From Octopus vulgaris (taxonomy: Eukaryota): a DNA stretch of 64,000 nt. Below the pieces are notes generated by a model, which was given only the letters and a program-made list of their open reading frames with translations, ran no database searches and was not told the DNA's origin. The stretch spans positions 37,758,001 through 37,822,000 of the forward strand of contig OX597840.1 in NCBI GenBank assembly GCA_951406725.2, written 5' to 3'. Position numbers and translations under genes: made by a program. Positions 1 through 15,751 of this stretch are shown here, piece after piece (positions within the stretch are counted from its first letter, which is position 1; each line of letters starts with the position of its first letter).

Positions 1-476
1 ATCCTCTCTTAAATACATCTGCCTCTAAAAGCTCAGTAATTTTTAAAGTGATACGAGGTAAACTAACACACATGTTCCATTTATTTTCAATTTTTTCGTT
101 TCTTTTCTCTGTGAGATTTCTCTTCGTCTTTCAGAAGAAGTACTTAAGCTCAGAATATCAAAGACATTTCTAACTCCACTTCCCCAGTGCTCACTTAATA
201 ACTGTGCTTTTCACTGCGCTTTTCGTGCAGATATTTTACGTCGAAAATCTTGCAATTATATCGACACATTCAGAGATGGCCGCTTAGTTGATCCTTTCTC
301 TTCTTCTTCACACAGTTCTGGATTATAGACTGCCTCTTGGAAATTTCAGAGAGCTAACACGTATGACACGAGTGTATTTTCAAAACAAACACATTCACAC
401 GCGTACATATATAAATGCATATGCGTACACACAGACAGCGGCATTCACACATATATACATATACATATATAAGCAA

Positions 477-512
<36 letters not shown>

Positions 513-1480
513 GAGTGCATATATAGTTATATATGTGTGTATATATATGTGTGCATATACATATATCTATACATACACATATACAAACATACATACCTAT
601 ATGTATATATATACATACATATATGTGCATACGTGTATGTATACATATATGTATATGCGCATGTAAATATCCACATATATATACATATATATATATATAT
701 GTGTGTATCTATCTATCAACATATATATATGCATATACATATATGTATACAAACATGCATATCTATATCATATGTATGTGTATAAGCATACATACTTACA
801 CAGACATACATATATACATACATATATACATGCATAAATACATACATAAAATCATACATACATACGTAAAGATAGATAGATACAACTATATATACATTCA
901 CGCCTGCACGCATACATGCATTCATACATATATATATATATAGAGAGAGAGAGATACCTATACACCTTGGCAAACCTGTAGATGGTAACAAAAAAAAGCC
1001 GTCCAACCCCACAAAAGAATCGTTTTCTGCATTCTGTGTATTTCTCCTGCAGCCAAATTATATAATACATGGAAATCAATACATGTGACCTATCCAATAT
1101 TCATTGGCTCTTATCTCAGATGCAGTTTGGCTCTAGGAACTTCGATTACAGAAATCAACTTGTATACATCTATGTCAAACCGTACACTGTACTTCCACTT
1201 CTAAATTTCATCATTGTTACCATCTCACACTTCGCTTCAGTCCTCCAGCAATAAAAAAAAATTTATTTCGTTAGCTATTTACTTCGTTTGTTCCAGTTGC
1301 TGTTGAGTTTTCGTTCGCTTTTTTTTTATTCTGTTTTATTTAAAACATTTTTTTTGACTTTGGAGAATTTTTCTGTTCTGTTCTTTTTTTGTATTTTTGT
1401 ATTTTTTTTGTTTCCATTCGAGTGATCTTTGTGTTTTTGTTTCTTTACACAAAGGATTTAATTTGAATCAATAAAGAACG

Positions 1481-1513
<33 letters not shown>

Positions 1514-1598
1514 ATGAATGCCCGCGTATACTTATACGCTTATGTATAAAGAAACACACACATCTTTCTTTGTGTCTCTCTCCTCTTTCTCTCGCTCC

Positions 1599-1633
<35 letters not shown>

Positions 1634-1686
1634 ATCAAGTATGTATGCGTGAATGTATGTTTGTGTATAGATGTAAGTGTAGGAAC

Positions 1687-1722
<36 letters not shown>

Positions 1723-2095
1723 CCATGTATACAGGCATACACACACACGCTCACACAAACACACACTTATATGTATATATACATATATATGTATATATAT
1801 GTATGGATATAAGAATATATATCTATATGTGTATATATAAATATCTTTATAAGTTTTTTATATATGTATAAACATATATGTACATATACATATATGCACA
1901 TATATACGCACATGAGTGTGTGCATGTTGTGTGTGTATGTATGTGTATATATATGTGTGTGTATGCGTGTATGCACTTCACTTACAAGAATACCCGTCTC
2001 GAACCTGTGTTTCACGTCACGGCGATATTCAGGCGAAGTTTCGCATGGATAAACTTTTAGTAAGAACATATTATCAGTACAAGGTGTTAATAATC

Positions 2096-2385
2096 TTCGG
2101 CCCCATGAAAGAGGGTTTGAGATACAAACATTATTCCAGTGACGAGGAAGTGAAATTTGTAGTGAAGAAGTGGCTCAAAGAACAGTCAACACAATTTTAC
2201 GGGTCAGGGATACATGCTCTCATTCGAAGGTGGAACATTGCTATTGAGAGAAACGGTGACTATGTTGAGGAGTAGGGATGTGATCCACAGAGGACCAGCT
2301 TCATTTTGATGTATGATACATGTTTCTCTGTTGGTAATTATACCTGTCCTAAACAAAATGGCATTACTTTTGACTCGTCTTCGTA
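2096..2385 (+). mobile_element. Tc1/mariner transposon 3' fragment (transposase C-terminus + right TIR ending in TA)
   Basis: FGPMKEGLRYKHYSSDEEVKFVVKKWLKEQSTQFYGSGIHALIRRWNIAIERNGDYVEE* matches the mariner C-terminal pattern (F.plK..L.g..f.sdeevk..v..Wl......fy..Gi..L..RW..ci...GdYvE). It is followed by a TIR-like end, ttacttttgactcgtcttcgTA. Confidence 0.85.
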
Positions 2386-2439
2386 TATTAGCTGTTCTCC
2401 TACAACAAAACGCAGCAAAAATTAACATATTTGATTTCA

Positions 2440-2648
2440 AATGTTGCCACAATGCCAGCAATTTTGGATGGGGTTTAATTAACATATTTGATTTTAATTC
2501 AATTATATCGAGCCTGGTGCCCAACTGGCATTTATTTTATCGACTCTAAAACGATAAAAGGCAAATTCGACGACGGCTGAATTTGAACTTTGTACGTAAA
2601 GACAGACAATATGCCCAGCGTGCTAACGATTCTGTAGCTTGTCTCCTT
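2440..2648 (-). mobile_element. Degenerate S1 SINE copy
   Basis: Diverged reverse complement of the S1 head/core (ttatcgactc...aaaggcaaattcgac...gaatttgaact...gcgtgctaacgattctg). Confidence 0.65.
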
Positions 2649-3429
2649 TAGCAGCACTTACCATATTCACGTTCGAATTTGCCAGAATATATCAAGAATA
2701 AATATCCAAACCATTGCTTGATCTCTTATCAAATGTTTTATAGATTTTTTAACTTAAAATTTGTGAATAATAAATACTTAATTTTAATTAGAAAAAATAT
2801 CTATTGAAATTATGACATTAATAATTTGCCTTCAGTGAATATGTTAATTAGCTAATTGCCTCAAGTCGAATTTGCTAATTAGCTAATTGTTGGTCATGAT
2901 ATTGATATCAGTGAAACGTCTTGAATGAGTTGTTTCATTAACGAAGTAGTAGATTTTTGATCCTCGGTCCGGTATGTGAGGTTTGACATGTAAACAACAA
3001 CAACAACAACAACTACAACAAAAACAACAACAACAACCATTAATAGCAACAACAAAAAAATGAGAGACGAAGAGAAAAGCTGAGGTGGGGCGATATTTAT
3101 ACGTGGTGATACTTTTCTTATTGAATGGCTTCAAAATGAAGGAAAATCTAAATCAATGTAAAATAGTGAAAAAAAAATCTCTCAGTTTAAAAATGTTTTT
3201 AATTCTTGGTTTAAAATATCTTAATATATTTCAAAGAATCATTCGCTCGTACGGGCATATAGAGTTATACGCATGCGCTCACAGACCAACGTAACAAACA
3301 CACAGAAACAGGAATCTGTATACGTATATATACGTGCATATATACATATACACATATATAATACACACACATACACATATTGATTTATATATATACACAT
3401 GTATAGATACGCACATATAAGTATATACG

Positions 3430-3467
<38 letters not shown>

Positions 3468-3599
3468 CTCATCTATAAGAGTTTGTATACATCTATATGA
3501 CTATATATATATATGCATATACATATATGGTTATATTATGAATGCCTGTCTGTCTGTCTCTAGTTACCTGCTTCTCTATCTGTCGCTCTCTCTTCCCCG

Positions 3600-3669
<70 letters not shown>

Positions 3670-4024
3670 GTCTATCAATAGTTAGAGTGATAGGTAGACA
3701 CAGACAAATGTAAACCTCCGTACAACAACATACACATACTCTACAATACATGGCACACACAACGCTGCTATTAAACGTATATATGCTATCGTGTTATGGA
3801 AAGAAAATCAAATCATGAACTTGACGTAGCTCCAGTTATGCCATTACTGCGACTATTTCCACCCATCATTGTTCAGAAATAGAGTTTATACAGGAAGGAA
3901 GTGTAGAGGTTCTCATCGCTTCCATTTCACGGTGTTATTTCTCACTGGAAAGACTATCATGTGAGAAGTTAAAAGTATAGGCAGCATTACACACGCTATC
4001 TTTCATTACCTTTCCCTCTATCTT

Positions 4025-4068
<44 letters not shown>

Positions 4069-4247
4069 ATTATATTTAGCTATTGATTCATGTATAGATA
4101 CGAATGAATTACTTTTTCCATTTTCTCTCTTCCCTTTTTCACTTTCCTTCGTTCTCTCTTACAGGGTGTATATATATATACACCTATATATGTATATATG
4201 TAGATATAAGTATACATATATGCTTATGTATGCATATATATATACAT

Positions 4248-4290
<43 letters not shown>

Positions 4291-6179
4291 AATAGGTATG
4301 TGTGTTTTTGTATGCACGTATGCATGTATGCATGTAAGTATGTATGGTTGTATTGTATGTGCGTATTGAAAGAAACCAATTTGTTTAACATAACACCAAG
4401 CTGGCTATTTGACAGAGACAGAAACTAGACATTGCCAACACGTTATACATTTTACAAAGATGCAAAGGTACACTCAATCAAATACGTATATAGACACACA
4501 TACTTCCTTGCATAGATGCATACATACACACACTCACCTATGCATACATGCATATATACATGCATCCATGCATGCATACAGACATACCTATATAAACATA
4601 CATACATGTATCCATACATACGTAGTTACATATATGCATTCAAGCATATACGTTTGCATACAAACATGTAATAGAAATATAATCATCGATTTGTGACTGT
4701 AAATTTTGCGAGAACTTGCAAAGTGTGAGCTTACCATGTGTTCGCATCCTACGTTCGCCTATCGTCTGCTGGTTCAATGAATGATTCTGAATTATTCACC
4801 TCAATGCGGCTGTTGTTAAAATATATACTTATGCCTGTGTATATCATAGAATATTTCATTTTATGTGTGTTTATTACGAAAATGAAGCATGAGAAGGAAT
4901 TTAGTGGGAGATAATGCGGATTATCTAAAAAATGAAAGATGAATAATGATATACGAGTCAACGTGCAATGCAAATTCCTGATGTATTGAAATTATCGTCG
5001 CATTTCAGAGATGTTACACAAATGATTCTGTGACAATTCGTTTCTAACTGCAAATAAGAACGAGTGATAATATCTGTCATGAAGGAATTTACGGTCTGAA
5101 GATAAAGGGACAGACAGTGGCGTGTCCTGTATTTTTGTCTCAATAAACGCCATTAGAAAGTTCGTTCTTTTTTGGAAGTAGTGATTGGTAGAAAATCATC
5201 GTACTCAGGGAAAGATTTTAGGGTAGTGATTATGTTATGTTGGATATTTTAGAGTGACATATGGAGTACTGAGGGTTTTTCAGACCTAATGAAGCCTTCA
5301 CTTTCCCAGAAAGAGACAAGGAGAGAGTTTGTTAGACAAAACGATGGAGAGACAAGTAGCAAGAGACAAAGAGATGGAATGGGTGAAAGCGAAATACAAG
5401 AGGGTTTGAGTATATTGATTGGACTTGGGCGGCGAAAGAGTTTCCTCCGTCTAAACTTTATCGCTCCATCCCGTGGGACGTTTGGAGAATTTGCGTAAAA
5501 TTTTGCAAGGTGTAATATTTATCTAAAAGAAAATTATGAGAAACAGAATAAAAATTATACTAAAGCAAACAAATAAACATTTCTTTTTGAACTCCACAGG
5601 AAAATGACTGTTTCTTGAACGGCAGCTAAAGATGATAATGATCGTAAAAATGGCAGCATAAGCAATACATCCTGCGGAAAGTAATTTTTCGATTTCGTCT
5701 GCTCTTAAAAGAAAGCACAAACATGTTGTGTAATTTGTTTCCTTGCCTGCAATTTTTGCTGAAGAATGAGCATGTAAGAAGGGACATGAAACAACTTAAG
5801 AACTTGTTAAAGACGTTTCAGAGCGTCCTGAAAGGAACAATGGAAATGCTTCTTTGCTGTATGCGGGTGTTTTGGGATTTGCATTGATTGAGGTATTCAA
5901 ATGTAAGTACAAATCAGGATATTGAAAAGGGAGACGAGGCAAGGTGGAAGACCAGGATTGATATCAGATATAATTTGCATATATGATATGCTGTGCATGG
6001 CAATAAATGTTTTCAGCACCCAGTTAGACTACAGCATCAGATGAGTGTTGTATACCTTTTCGGGTACAGATCAATATGCGATGTGGTTTGCAGTTCAAAC
6101 AAATTGCAGCTTTCATGGGAAAGCTTTCTGTACTGGAGAACTGAGAAAAATAGGGCAAGGAATTAGAAAGGGAGTAGGA

Positions 6180-6223
<44 letters not shown>

Positions 6224-6958
6224 TGGGGAAGGGTAGGAAGAGAGAGAAAAGCGAATTTAATTAATTAAATAGCCACAAGTATCCGAATCTTCACCAAATT
6301 AGAACACAGGAATTCCAGTTTTTCAGGAAGTTTTCAGTTCTGGTTCCGAAAAGGATCGTCAACTTCATTTTATCATTGATGCTAGGAATAGAGGACAAAA
6401 AGCAGAGAGAGATAGAGAGAGATAACTTTTCTAATATCCCACCATTTTCTTGCAATGATGAGGAACAACTGTTAGAAGAAGTGGAATTGCAAGAGAAGTA
6501 CGTGGGCGTGGGAAAACGACTGCAGCACAATGTGTGGAATATTAATCGCGGAGAATCGACACGTATTCGCATTGTAGCCATGCGCGGATGGATTCCCCAG
6601 TTCGCGTTCCAGTTTTATATTTTAATCATGAATTGTTTTTAATTTGTGTGTAATTTGAAATCAGCATATAATTATATTCACGTTATAAATCATATCTACG
6701 ATTTTGCAATACCCATGTGTAAGGTTTCTTATTTGTATGTGAGTACTCTTGTGGCCAATAAAGAAATCGTAATTACGCTATTTGCTTGCTAATTAATTAA
6801 TAAGTATTTATTGCATCTTGACGATTGCTGATTACAAGTCTCATCAAATGTCAAGAATCTTTCTTTGGATTCTTCAAAAATATGTGATGATACTTTTCTA
6901 CCTTTTCGACATTTTTTATTTACTCTGGAACCGACCTGAATTAATCCTCCACCTCCTC

Positions 6959-7092
<134 letters not shown>

Positions 7093-7110
7093 TTTTATTA
7101 GTATTATTAT

Positions 7111-7654
7111 TGAGTGAGAGAGCAGTGCATGCCATCAAAATGACACTGGGGTGAAATATACGAAGCTCAGTATACTCATCATGACTACCCGTCTGATAAG
7201 GGTATACCAGGCACATGCATCACAACCATATGTGCGGGACATGGTGATCTCATATCAAGATAAACAGCACATGACCTTGCAGGTTTGGGCCCAGTTAGAG
7301 TTTTCTTCTGGTCTAGTAACCCATCCCGCCCAAAAGGTCCCTGAATAAGGATTGTTTAAGGCAGTTGAACGAACGACCCATGTTTCCAAAGGTGAATTAT
7401 CCAAACCTCAAAGAATTCCTCCCCAAACATGGCTGTGATGCTCTTCCACTACTTCTGCTCGTGATCAGAGATGCACATATCGTCAGCCACTAAGGGACAT
7501 GCTCAACTGGTTACGGCTAGACAACTGACAAGCAAATCTGTGATATTGAGCAGAATATTTGCTGTAGCCCATCTTTTATACCAACACAAAACAATGTACA
7601 TGATAACACATCTTATCAGTTAAGATCAGAAGCCATGCGAGACACTGGGCATTT
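7111..7654 (-). mobile_element. ~550-bp non-coding interspersed element embedded in (TAA)n, copy 1
   Basis: Co-linear, high-identity reverse complement of 57098-57656. Both ends abut (TTA/TAA)n runs. Confidence 0.85.
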
Positions 7655-7901
7655 ACTATTATCATTATTATTATTATTACTTTTTTTTTTTCTTCTTTCA
7701 AATTTTCTTCCATTTCTTGCCGAGTGTCTTCCCGACTCCTAGGGCAAAGAAACTCATAGTGTATATTGGTAGGCCATTAAACCAAACTCAGTAGTTCGTT
7801 CATTTTTTTTTTTTTTAAAGTTAAATTAAAATACATGAGCAGCAACAGTTCTCACATCGACAATGCTCTTCTCAATACGTGTGATGTACCAGTTAGGACA
7901 A

Positions 7902-7967
<66 letters not shown>

Positions 7968-8009
7968 GACTATTATTATTATTATTATTATCATTATTAT
8001 TATTATTAT

Positions 8010-8140
8010 CCGCCCAGGTCGACTTTACCTTTCAGCTTTCGGGATCGATAGGTAAAGTACCAGTTGTGTATAGGGTTCGATCTAGTCGACTGGCCCCGCT
8101 CCCATCAAATTTCGTGCCCTGTGCCCATAAGAGAAAAGAT
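8010..8140 (+). mobile_element. 5'-truncated S1 SINE
   Basis: aggtcgactttacctttcagctttcgggatcgat...aagtaccag core, followed by the short tail ending agaaaagattatt. Confidence 0.75.
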
Positions 8141-8248
8141 TATTTTTATTACTGCAATTATTATTATTATTATTATTATTGTTGTTGTTGTTGTTATCAT
8201 TATTATTATTATTGTTGTTGTTGTTATTATTATTATTATTATTATTGC

Positions 8249-8280
<32 letters not shown>

Positions 8281-8620
8281 GTGGTGCTGTTGTTTTTGTT
8301 GTTGTTGCTGTGTTTATTGTTGATCCCAATACGTCCCTTTACGCTTTCATTGTCATTCTCTTCATGTTCTTCTCGATTGCATGAAACGTTTCAATACACG
8401 ATTTCTATTTCAACCTGTCTCAGCTCTATATACACTCACACATACATGTGTACATAGAACCACACTTTAATACATACATTGGTATACATATATACATATA
8501 TATATATATATACGCACATGTACATAAGCATATATTTGTAAATGTATAAGCGTATATGTATATACATGCATATGATATGGACAAATATACGCATATATAT
8601 ATACACATATATATATATGC

Positions 8621-8666
<46 letters not shown>

Positions 8667-8728
8667 ATACATATATGCATGTATATACGTATGCATATAT
8701 GTATATACATATATGTTTCTATAACATA

Positions 8729-8759
<31 letters not shown>

Positions 8760-9159
8760 GTATATCTATGTGTGTATACATATCTATATATAATACTTAT
8801 ACATGTGTATATATATATATGTATATATGTATATATGTGTATATCTATGTTTATATACATATGTATATATAATATTTATAGAACTTCATATATATATGTG
8901 TGTGTATATATATATCTATATATATATATATGTGTGCGTATATCTATGCATAATATAGAAACGCATGTATATATATATATATATATACGTATATGTTTAT
9001 ATATATATATATATATATACGTATATGTTTATATATATATATATATATATATACACGTATATATATATATATATACATTTATATTATATATATATATATA
9101 TATATATAAACATATACGTATATATATATATATATATACGTATACATATATATATATAC

Positions 9160-9248
<89 letters not shown>

Positions 9249-9959
9249 GACAAAGTCAGGCAGACACTGACAGAGGCATGAAATATCGGGGGGTGTGTGT
9301 GTTTGCATATTTGTTTTTTGTTCTTTATTGCGTTTATATCAGTATTTATTATTTTAACACTGTTTTCTTTTCTGTTTTTATTTTTTACTATCACTTTACG
9401 CAGTTTCGATTCTTTTTTTTTCTCCCCCAACGAAAGTCGTGTAATACAATCACGCATTATTACAGCTCAAAATGACAAAAATAGAAAAATAATTCGTTGT
9501 TCTTTGATATTTTCGAGAAATATCTTGCGAGAAAAATGACTTTTTAACCGATTACCAATTCCTGATTTCACAGACTTTCGATTCCATGTTTTTTTTTTCT
9601 TTTATATAATTTCTTGTTTTTTTTTGTCTGTTTTTGTTGTTGTTCTTATTCTGCGATGATGATATTTTCGTTATATGCCTTTCTGTATATGTGTATATAT
9701 GCTTGTATGTATGTATATGTGTGAATGCATCTGCATATATAAACATGTGTATAGTTTATTGTTGCTGGTTTTATCCCCCAGGTCAGATTTGATCCAACAG
9801 ATTACTCATCAAAATTGAACCCAGACGTGGCCATATCAACGTTCGCGAACAACAGACTCTACATTATCCAACGAATTTGAATTTAGTGAAGAGAACGGAG
9901 ATCGTTTGAGCGGAGGCATTAACTAGTATTTTAACCGCGTAACCGGACTTAACGGAAGC

Positions 9960-11000
9960 ACTGACGTCGGTTCCGAACAACAGTGGTCGTACCAATGGTA
10001 GCTGCATAGAATTATGGTAGGCCGGCAGATGAGAATAGCGTCAGATGTCTACTGGCAAATGTAAATCATAAATTCATCATCAGAAGATGGACCTCAAAGA
10101 AAAGTTAATGGAAGTACAACGCTCGTATACCGTTACGTGAAAGATGGCTGTGTCTGGACTAGCAAATTAAACGACATTTTATGGGGAAATAAACGGGAAG
10201 TGGTGAGAGGGTGCTCTGAAGTGAGTTACTAGAATAGAATTTATAGCATTTTGTAAAGAGATGGTGATAAAGCGAAAGAGATTTCGGACGTGTCTAGTTT
10301 GTATTGTAGAAAACTGGATTCCGAAAAGCACTGCGATGGATACTCAGGCAGCGAAAATGTTCCTCGAACATTGCAACATAAAACACTATTACTATTTCGT
10401 CAGAGCTATGGCGCATACACTAAATCCCGTAGAGAAAATGCTCCTTTATATGGCCATGTAGCGAAGGCACGACGTGACAGCAGAACCATAATCTGATCAT
10501 TGGAGAGCTGCACGCGTAGGGGTGTGCCGTCTCCCAGGAATGCATTGCTAGAGCATTCGAAGTGGGTGGTGTCTCGAAAAGGGAGTTGATGAGAGTGCTC
10601 ACCTCGCCGGCCTGTCACTATTCTCAACAGATGTGACAAGGGGCTGCGAAAAACTGATAACCGTTGTCGGAATAAAAGGACCCATTGAGCGTTTGCACGA
10701 AGAACAAATTGCTCGTTTCTCTAATTTGTATTCCTAGGTTTGGATGTCGGAATTGTTTGGCAACCGCTTGACAGATGTCTGCCGTAGAAGTCAGCACAGA
10801 AGAACGGGGAAATTGTCAGTGCTGTGAGATAGGAGAAGATCATTCAGGTGAGAAAGGACGAATACACCTTATATGAGTTAGGTTCGTAAAACCGCTGAAG
10901 ATTTCGGCCCTGTTGTTGCGAAAATGTGGGCACTTTTAGTCGTTGGTTTTGTGGGGAAGTTCAAAAGTTCGCGACCCCAAATCGGTCAATCGATAACATT
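9960..11000 (+). pseudogene. Possible heavily decayed L1/Tx1-like LINE ORF2 remnant
   Basis: GC-richer unique island with scraps such as KLNDILWGNKREVVRG (cf. the L1/Tx1 F.W.gk...v.r motif) and a downstream C..-like segment. Many stops and frameshifts. Confidence 0.3.
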
Positions 11001-12298
11001 CACCATATCATGGATTCATCGAGAATGCTTCTGCTAAGATTCATAATCGCACTTTGGAAGACTTTCTGAAGCGGCCATATTTGAATTCATTTTTAGAGGA
11101 AAAGGCAAAAAGGCAGGTGGGATACTCCAGGATTAAGTGGTAACTGCCATACTAATCGATATTAATCGGGCGGTTATCAGCGGTTATCCATTTCGGGTAA
11201 ATATTCACCAGTGCTGAATAATGGGACGCTAATAGTCTGCTTACCACAACTCATCCTAACACGAAACTTGAATGATTGCCAGAGGGAAAAATTGGAGTGA
11301 GGGAGAATTGGCGAAATAGATAAAGATAGACGAAGAGAAAGTGAGAGAGAGAGAGAGAGAGAGAGAGTGAAATCAAGGAAGATAGGGTGAGAAAAAAGAA
11401 CACGCACTCACACACACACACACACACACTCACACACACACACACACACATATATGTGTGTATAATGAGAGAGCGCGAGAGAGAAAGAAGGTGTGAGTGA
11501 GATGAATTGACTTCAGTATTTCACTGCTATTTTATTTAACTTCAACCACAGGTGGAAAAAAAAGTAATAATTCAACATCTGTGCCATTCGAACGTAGGAA
11601 GCAGGTAACTGGAACTAAACATGGCAAGCAAATATTCTACAGACACAATAATGACATCGAAATATCCAGAGACAACACAGTTGACTGATTAATAAATACG
11701 AATTCAAAACGATAGACGTCAATATTGTATTAACTCCACGCAATATATTCCTCGTCTTCAAATGTTTAAAGGCAGAATAAAATCTCATAAATTGTGCACG
11801 GATTCTAAATGACTCACGTCAAAACAGTACGCAATAAGAAGCATTCATATTTATTGCACATCTCGCTGTTGTATCATTTTAGTCGCTTTTATCGCACGTC
11901 GTATAACATTATCAAATAGAGATATTTTGGTTGCTTGCAATAACAAGAAGAACATTGTTTATTGTTCATCTTGTTTTTGTTTTATGTTTTTTTTTCTTTG
12001 ATATTCATTTTCATATTTTTTGGGGGGGTTTTTGTTTGTCTGTTAAATTTTTCTTTGTCTATTATAAACAACAAGCGCTATAACCACTACACACATACAC
12101 ACACATGCACACACGCATGGGCATATACTTACATATACGCATATACACATTTATGTGTATAAATATATTTACGTAAGCATCTCTCTCTCTATCTATCAAT
12201 CTATATATATATATATATACATATATATTTATACATATATAAATATATAAATATACATATATATATTAATATATAGATAGATAGATACACATATAGAG

Positions 12299-12360
<62 letters not shown>

Positions 12361-12461
12361 AGAGATAGATAGACAGATAGGTAGATAGGTTTGTATGAGC
12401 GTGTGTGTGTGTATGTGGAATTGTGCTTGGGACTATATACGTATATGTGTACATACATACA

Positions 12462-12557
<96 letters not shown>

Positions 12558-12719
12558 CATATATATATATATATATATATACATATATATACATATACAC
12601 ACACATCTACATATATATATACAAACATGTGTGTGGAAATATATACGGGTATGTATACATACATATATGTATATACACGTATATACATATATATATATAC
12701 ACACACATGCATACATATG

Positions 12720-12757
<38 letters not shown>

Positions 12758-13234
12758 TATAAATTTATATTGATGTATATATATATATACATATATAGAC
12801 AATCGATTATTTTTCTGTTGGAGTATATGACTATATATTCTTCAGATTCTTCATTTTCTCCATCCATTCTCACATATTTATTAGTACAACGGAGAAAGAT
12901 GATAGGGTGGAAGGAAGGAAGGAAGGAAGGCGGAAAGCGGGAAGTCGGGGCGGGGAATGTGATTGTTTCATTCCCCCCCTCTTTCTCTCTTTCGTTTTGT
13001 CTACTTTTTTCCTCCCACTTTCGAATTTTTGATAATTCCGACTTTTCGAAAAAATAATATATTTTATGTCTATAATTTCAAATACGACAAGCAATATGGA
13101 AATTTCAACAGAAATAAAAGATAAATTAAACAACACACCCCCAGACCAACCCACCCCAACAAAATTGTGTTCATTACTTCTTTCATTTCTTCTTCTTCTT
13201 CTTCTTCTTCTTCTTCTTCTTCTTCTTCTTCTCC

Positions 13235-13308
<74 letters not shown>

Positions 13309-13549
13309 CCTTCTTCTTCAAACTTTGTGGTGTTGCGTTGTCTTTTTTTGCTTGTTTCCTTCTGTTTTTTTCTTTCTGCCGCCTTTTCTTTCTCTTTCCT
13401 TCCTTTCTTTCTCTTTACTCCTCTCCTCACTCTTTCAATATTTCCTTTTTTTAAACTTACACTTCTTTCTCTCTTTTCCATTCCATTTTACTGAACATAA
13501 AATGTGTAAATTATATATATATGTATATATGATATAATATAATATCATA

Positions 13550-13598
13550 TACATACACACTTATGCTCTCACACTCATATATACATGCATAACTACCA

Positions 13599-13655
<57 letters not shown>

Positions 13656-13684
13656 TGTATATATATGTATATATGTATATATAA

Positions 13685-13717
<33 letters not shown>

Positions 13718-13747
13718 TATATGGATATATATATATATATATGTATG

Positions 13748-13818
<71 letters not shown>

Positions 13819-13847
13819 TGTATATATATGTATATATGTATATATAA

Positions 13848-13878
<31 letters not shown>

Positions 13879-13980
13879 TACATATATGGATATATATATA
13901 TATATATGTATGTATATACATATATATATGGTGGTAGTTATGCATGTATATATGAGTATGAGAGCATAAGTGTGTCTGTA
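13550..13980. repeat. Inverted duplication (~50-bp unique arms) around a (TA)n core
   Basis: acacacttatgctctcacactcatatatacatgcataactaccacc (13555-13600) is the reverse complement, with 1 mismatch, of ggtggtagttatgcatgtatatatgagtatgagagcataagtgtgt (~13930-13975). Confidence 0.85.
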
Positions 13981-14048
13981 CATTGTACTATATGCATGTG
14001 ACATCAATCTTGTATAAATTTCTTAATGTGTACATGTATATATACAGG

Positions 14049-14083
<35 letters not shown>

Positions 14084-14834
14084 TTATACATATAACACAC
14101 ACACATGTCTATATATATTTATATATATATATATATTTATAAAATATATATATATATAAACATTCACAATATATCTACATATATTCATACCTTCCTCTCT
14201 TTCTCTCTGTATATATATATACATACATATATACATATATACCGAAATGCAATGCAGAAAAATGTTATTTTTTCGTTTCGTGTGAAAACATAATATTTTA
14301 ACACAAAAATTTCCTTCTTTCTCTGAGGTTTAGTGTTTGTCTACTTTTTTTTTGTTTTGTTCTGTTCTGATGTTTTTATATTGAATTCTTACAGAAGAAG
14401 AAAATAAATAATTGTATTCGCTAACTGTAAATGTATTGCAATGATAATAGTTATCATATTTTACGATAAACACATTTCTGTGAAGAATTAAATAGCTTCT
14501 ATCGAAATTCAATGGTGTCTTTTAGATTAATGCGAACATGCCAATGCGAGGGAGAAGAAAATGAAGAGAGAGAGGTCGGAGAGAGAGAGGGAGAGAGAGA
14601 GATTAAATCGGCACTGGAAACAAGAAGATCATATATCGAATAGTAATTATTTTCGTCTATATTTGATTCTTCGATTCCGGCCTTGCTGGGGCTACTCAAC
14701 AACAGATTCTACAGTTTTTTTTTTCTTCTTAATTCTCTTTGTGTTATGTCATTTATCGCTTATATCAAACCCAGAAATTAATCTCAAACTTATCATTCTG
14801 ATATAGTCTTTATGTCTGTCTGTCTGTCTGTTTG

Positions 14835-14885
<51 letters not shown>

Positions 14886-14965
14886 TAATCTCAAACTTAT
14901 CATTCTGATATGGTCTTTATGTCTGTGTATCTGTCTGTCTGTCTGTTACTCTTTCTCTCTCTCTC

Positions 14966-15041
<76 letters not shown>

Positions 15042-15043
<2 letters not shown>

Positions 15044-15235
15044 GGGGAGAAATCATGAAAAAAACAAAAGACGAACACGGGTGGTGTAGAAAACAAGCAG
15101 ATGTATTAGTATAACGCTCGGGAATTGAAAAGTCTTTCACGTTTCGAACCTACGCTCTTCCACAGAAAGGAACACATAAAGAAACAAGGAGAGAAAATAA
15201 GGGAGATATAAAAGGTGTGTAGTTGCTACCGATCT
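15042..15235 (-). mobile_element. (TA)n-flanked ~200-bp element (family B) with degenerate hammerhead-like motif
   Basis: Minus strand reads cttt-CTGTGGA-A-GAGC-gtag-GTTC-GAAAC-GTG-aaag. Homologous to 24439-24650, 36861-37060 and 18581-18698. Confidence 0.75.
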
Positions 15236-15261
15236 ATATATACATACATACATATAAATAT

Positions 15262-15294
<33 letters not shown>

Positions 15295-15751
15295 CGCGGC
15301 GGGTTGCTTTAAGTTTCCGTTTGACTTTGATTTATAACCATTAACTAGAATCCTGTTGACAAATCCCAATGGATTTGATTCTAAATAACTGAAGACTACA
15401 TTCTACATATTCTCATCCAAGTATAAGTAACTAGGTCACCAATGTTTCCTCTGCTTCTCTCTAAATTTTCGTAGGCTTAACAAAATATGCATTATTTTTT
15501 AATCTCATTCTGCCAGTGATACGACAAAAGGAGCAATATAAAATGCAAATATTTTGAGTTCCATTACTGATGAGAATATATTAAAGAATTGGTTGTATCC
15601 TTTATGTTTGAGTTCTATGCGGTCTTCGGAAAAGAACGGATTCTTTCAAATGATGTAATGTGTTCACTAATCAATTAAAGGAGTCGCTTGAAACAGCCGT
15701 AATGGATTGACACCTGTACATCTTTGATACTCATTAATATATATATATATA

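Noticed and set aside
7150-7215. SECIS or hammerhead in the 550-bp element (atga...ctgataag)
   Set aside because: Spacing and pairing fit neither model. Only a simple taccc/gggta hairpin is present.
15567-15600. CTGATGAG hammerhead core (also at ~32262 and ~41784)
   Set aside because: No stem II followed by GAAA and no stem I pairing.
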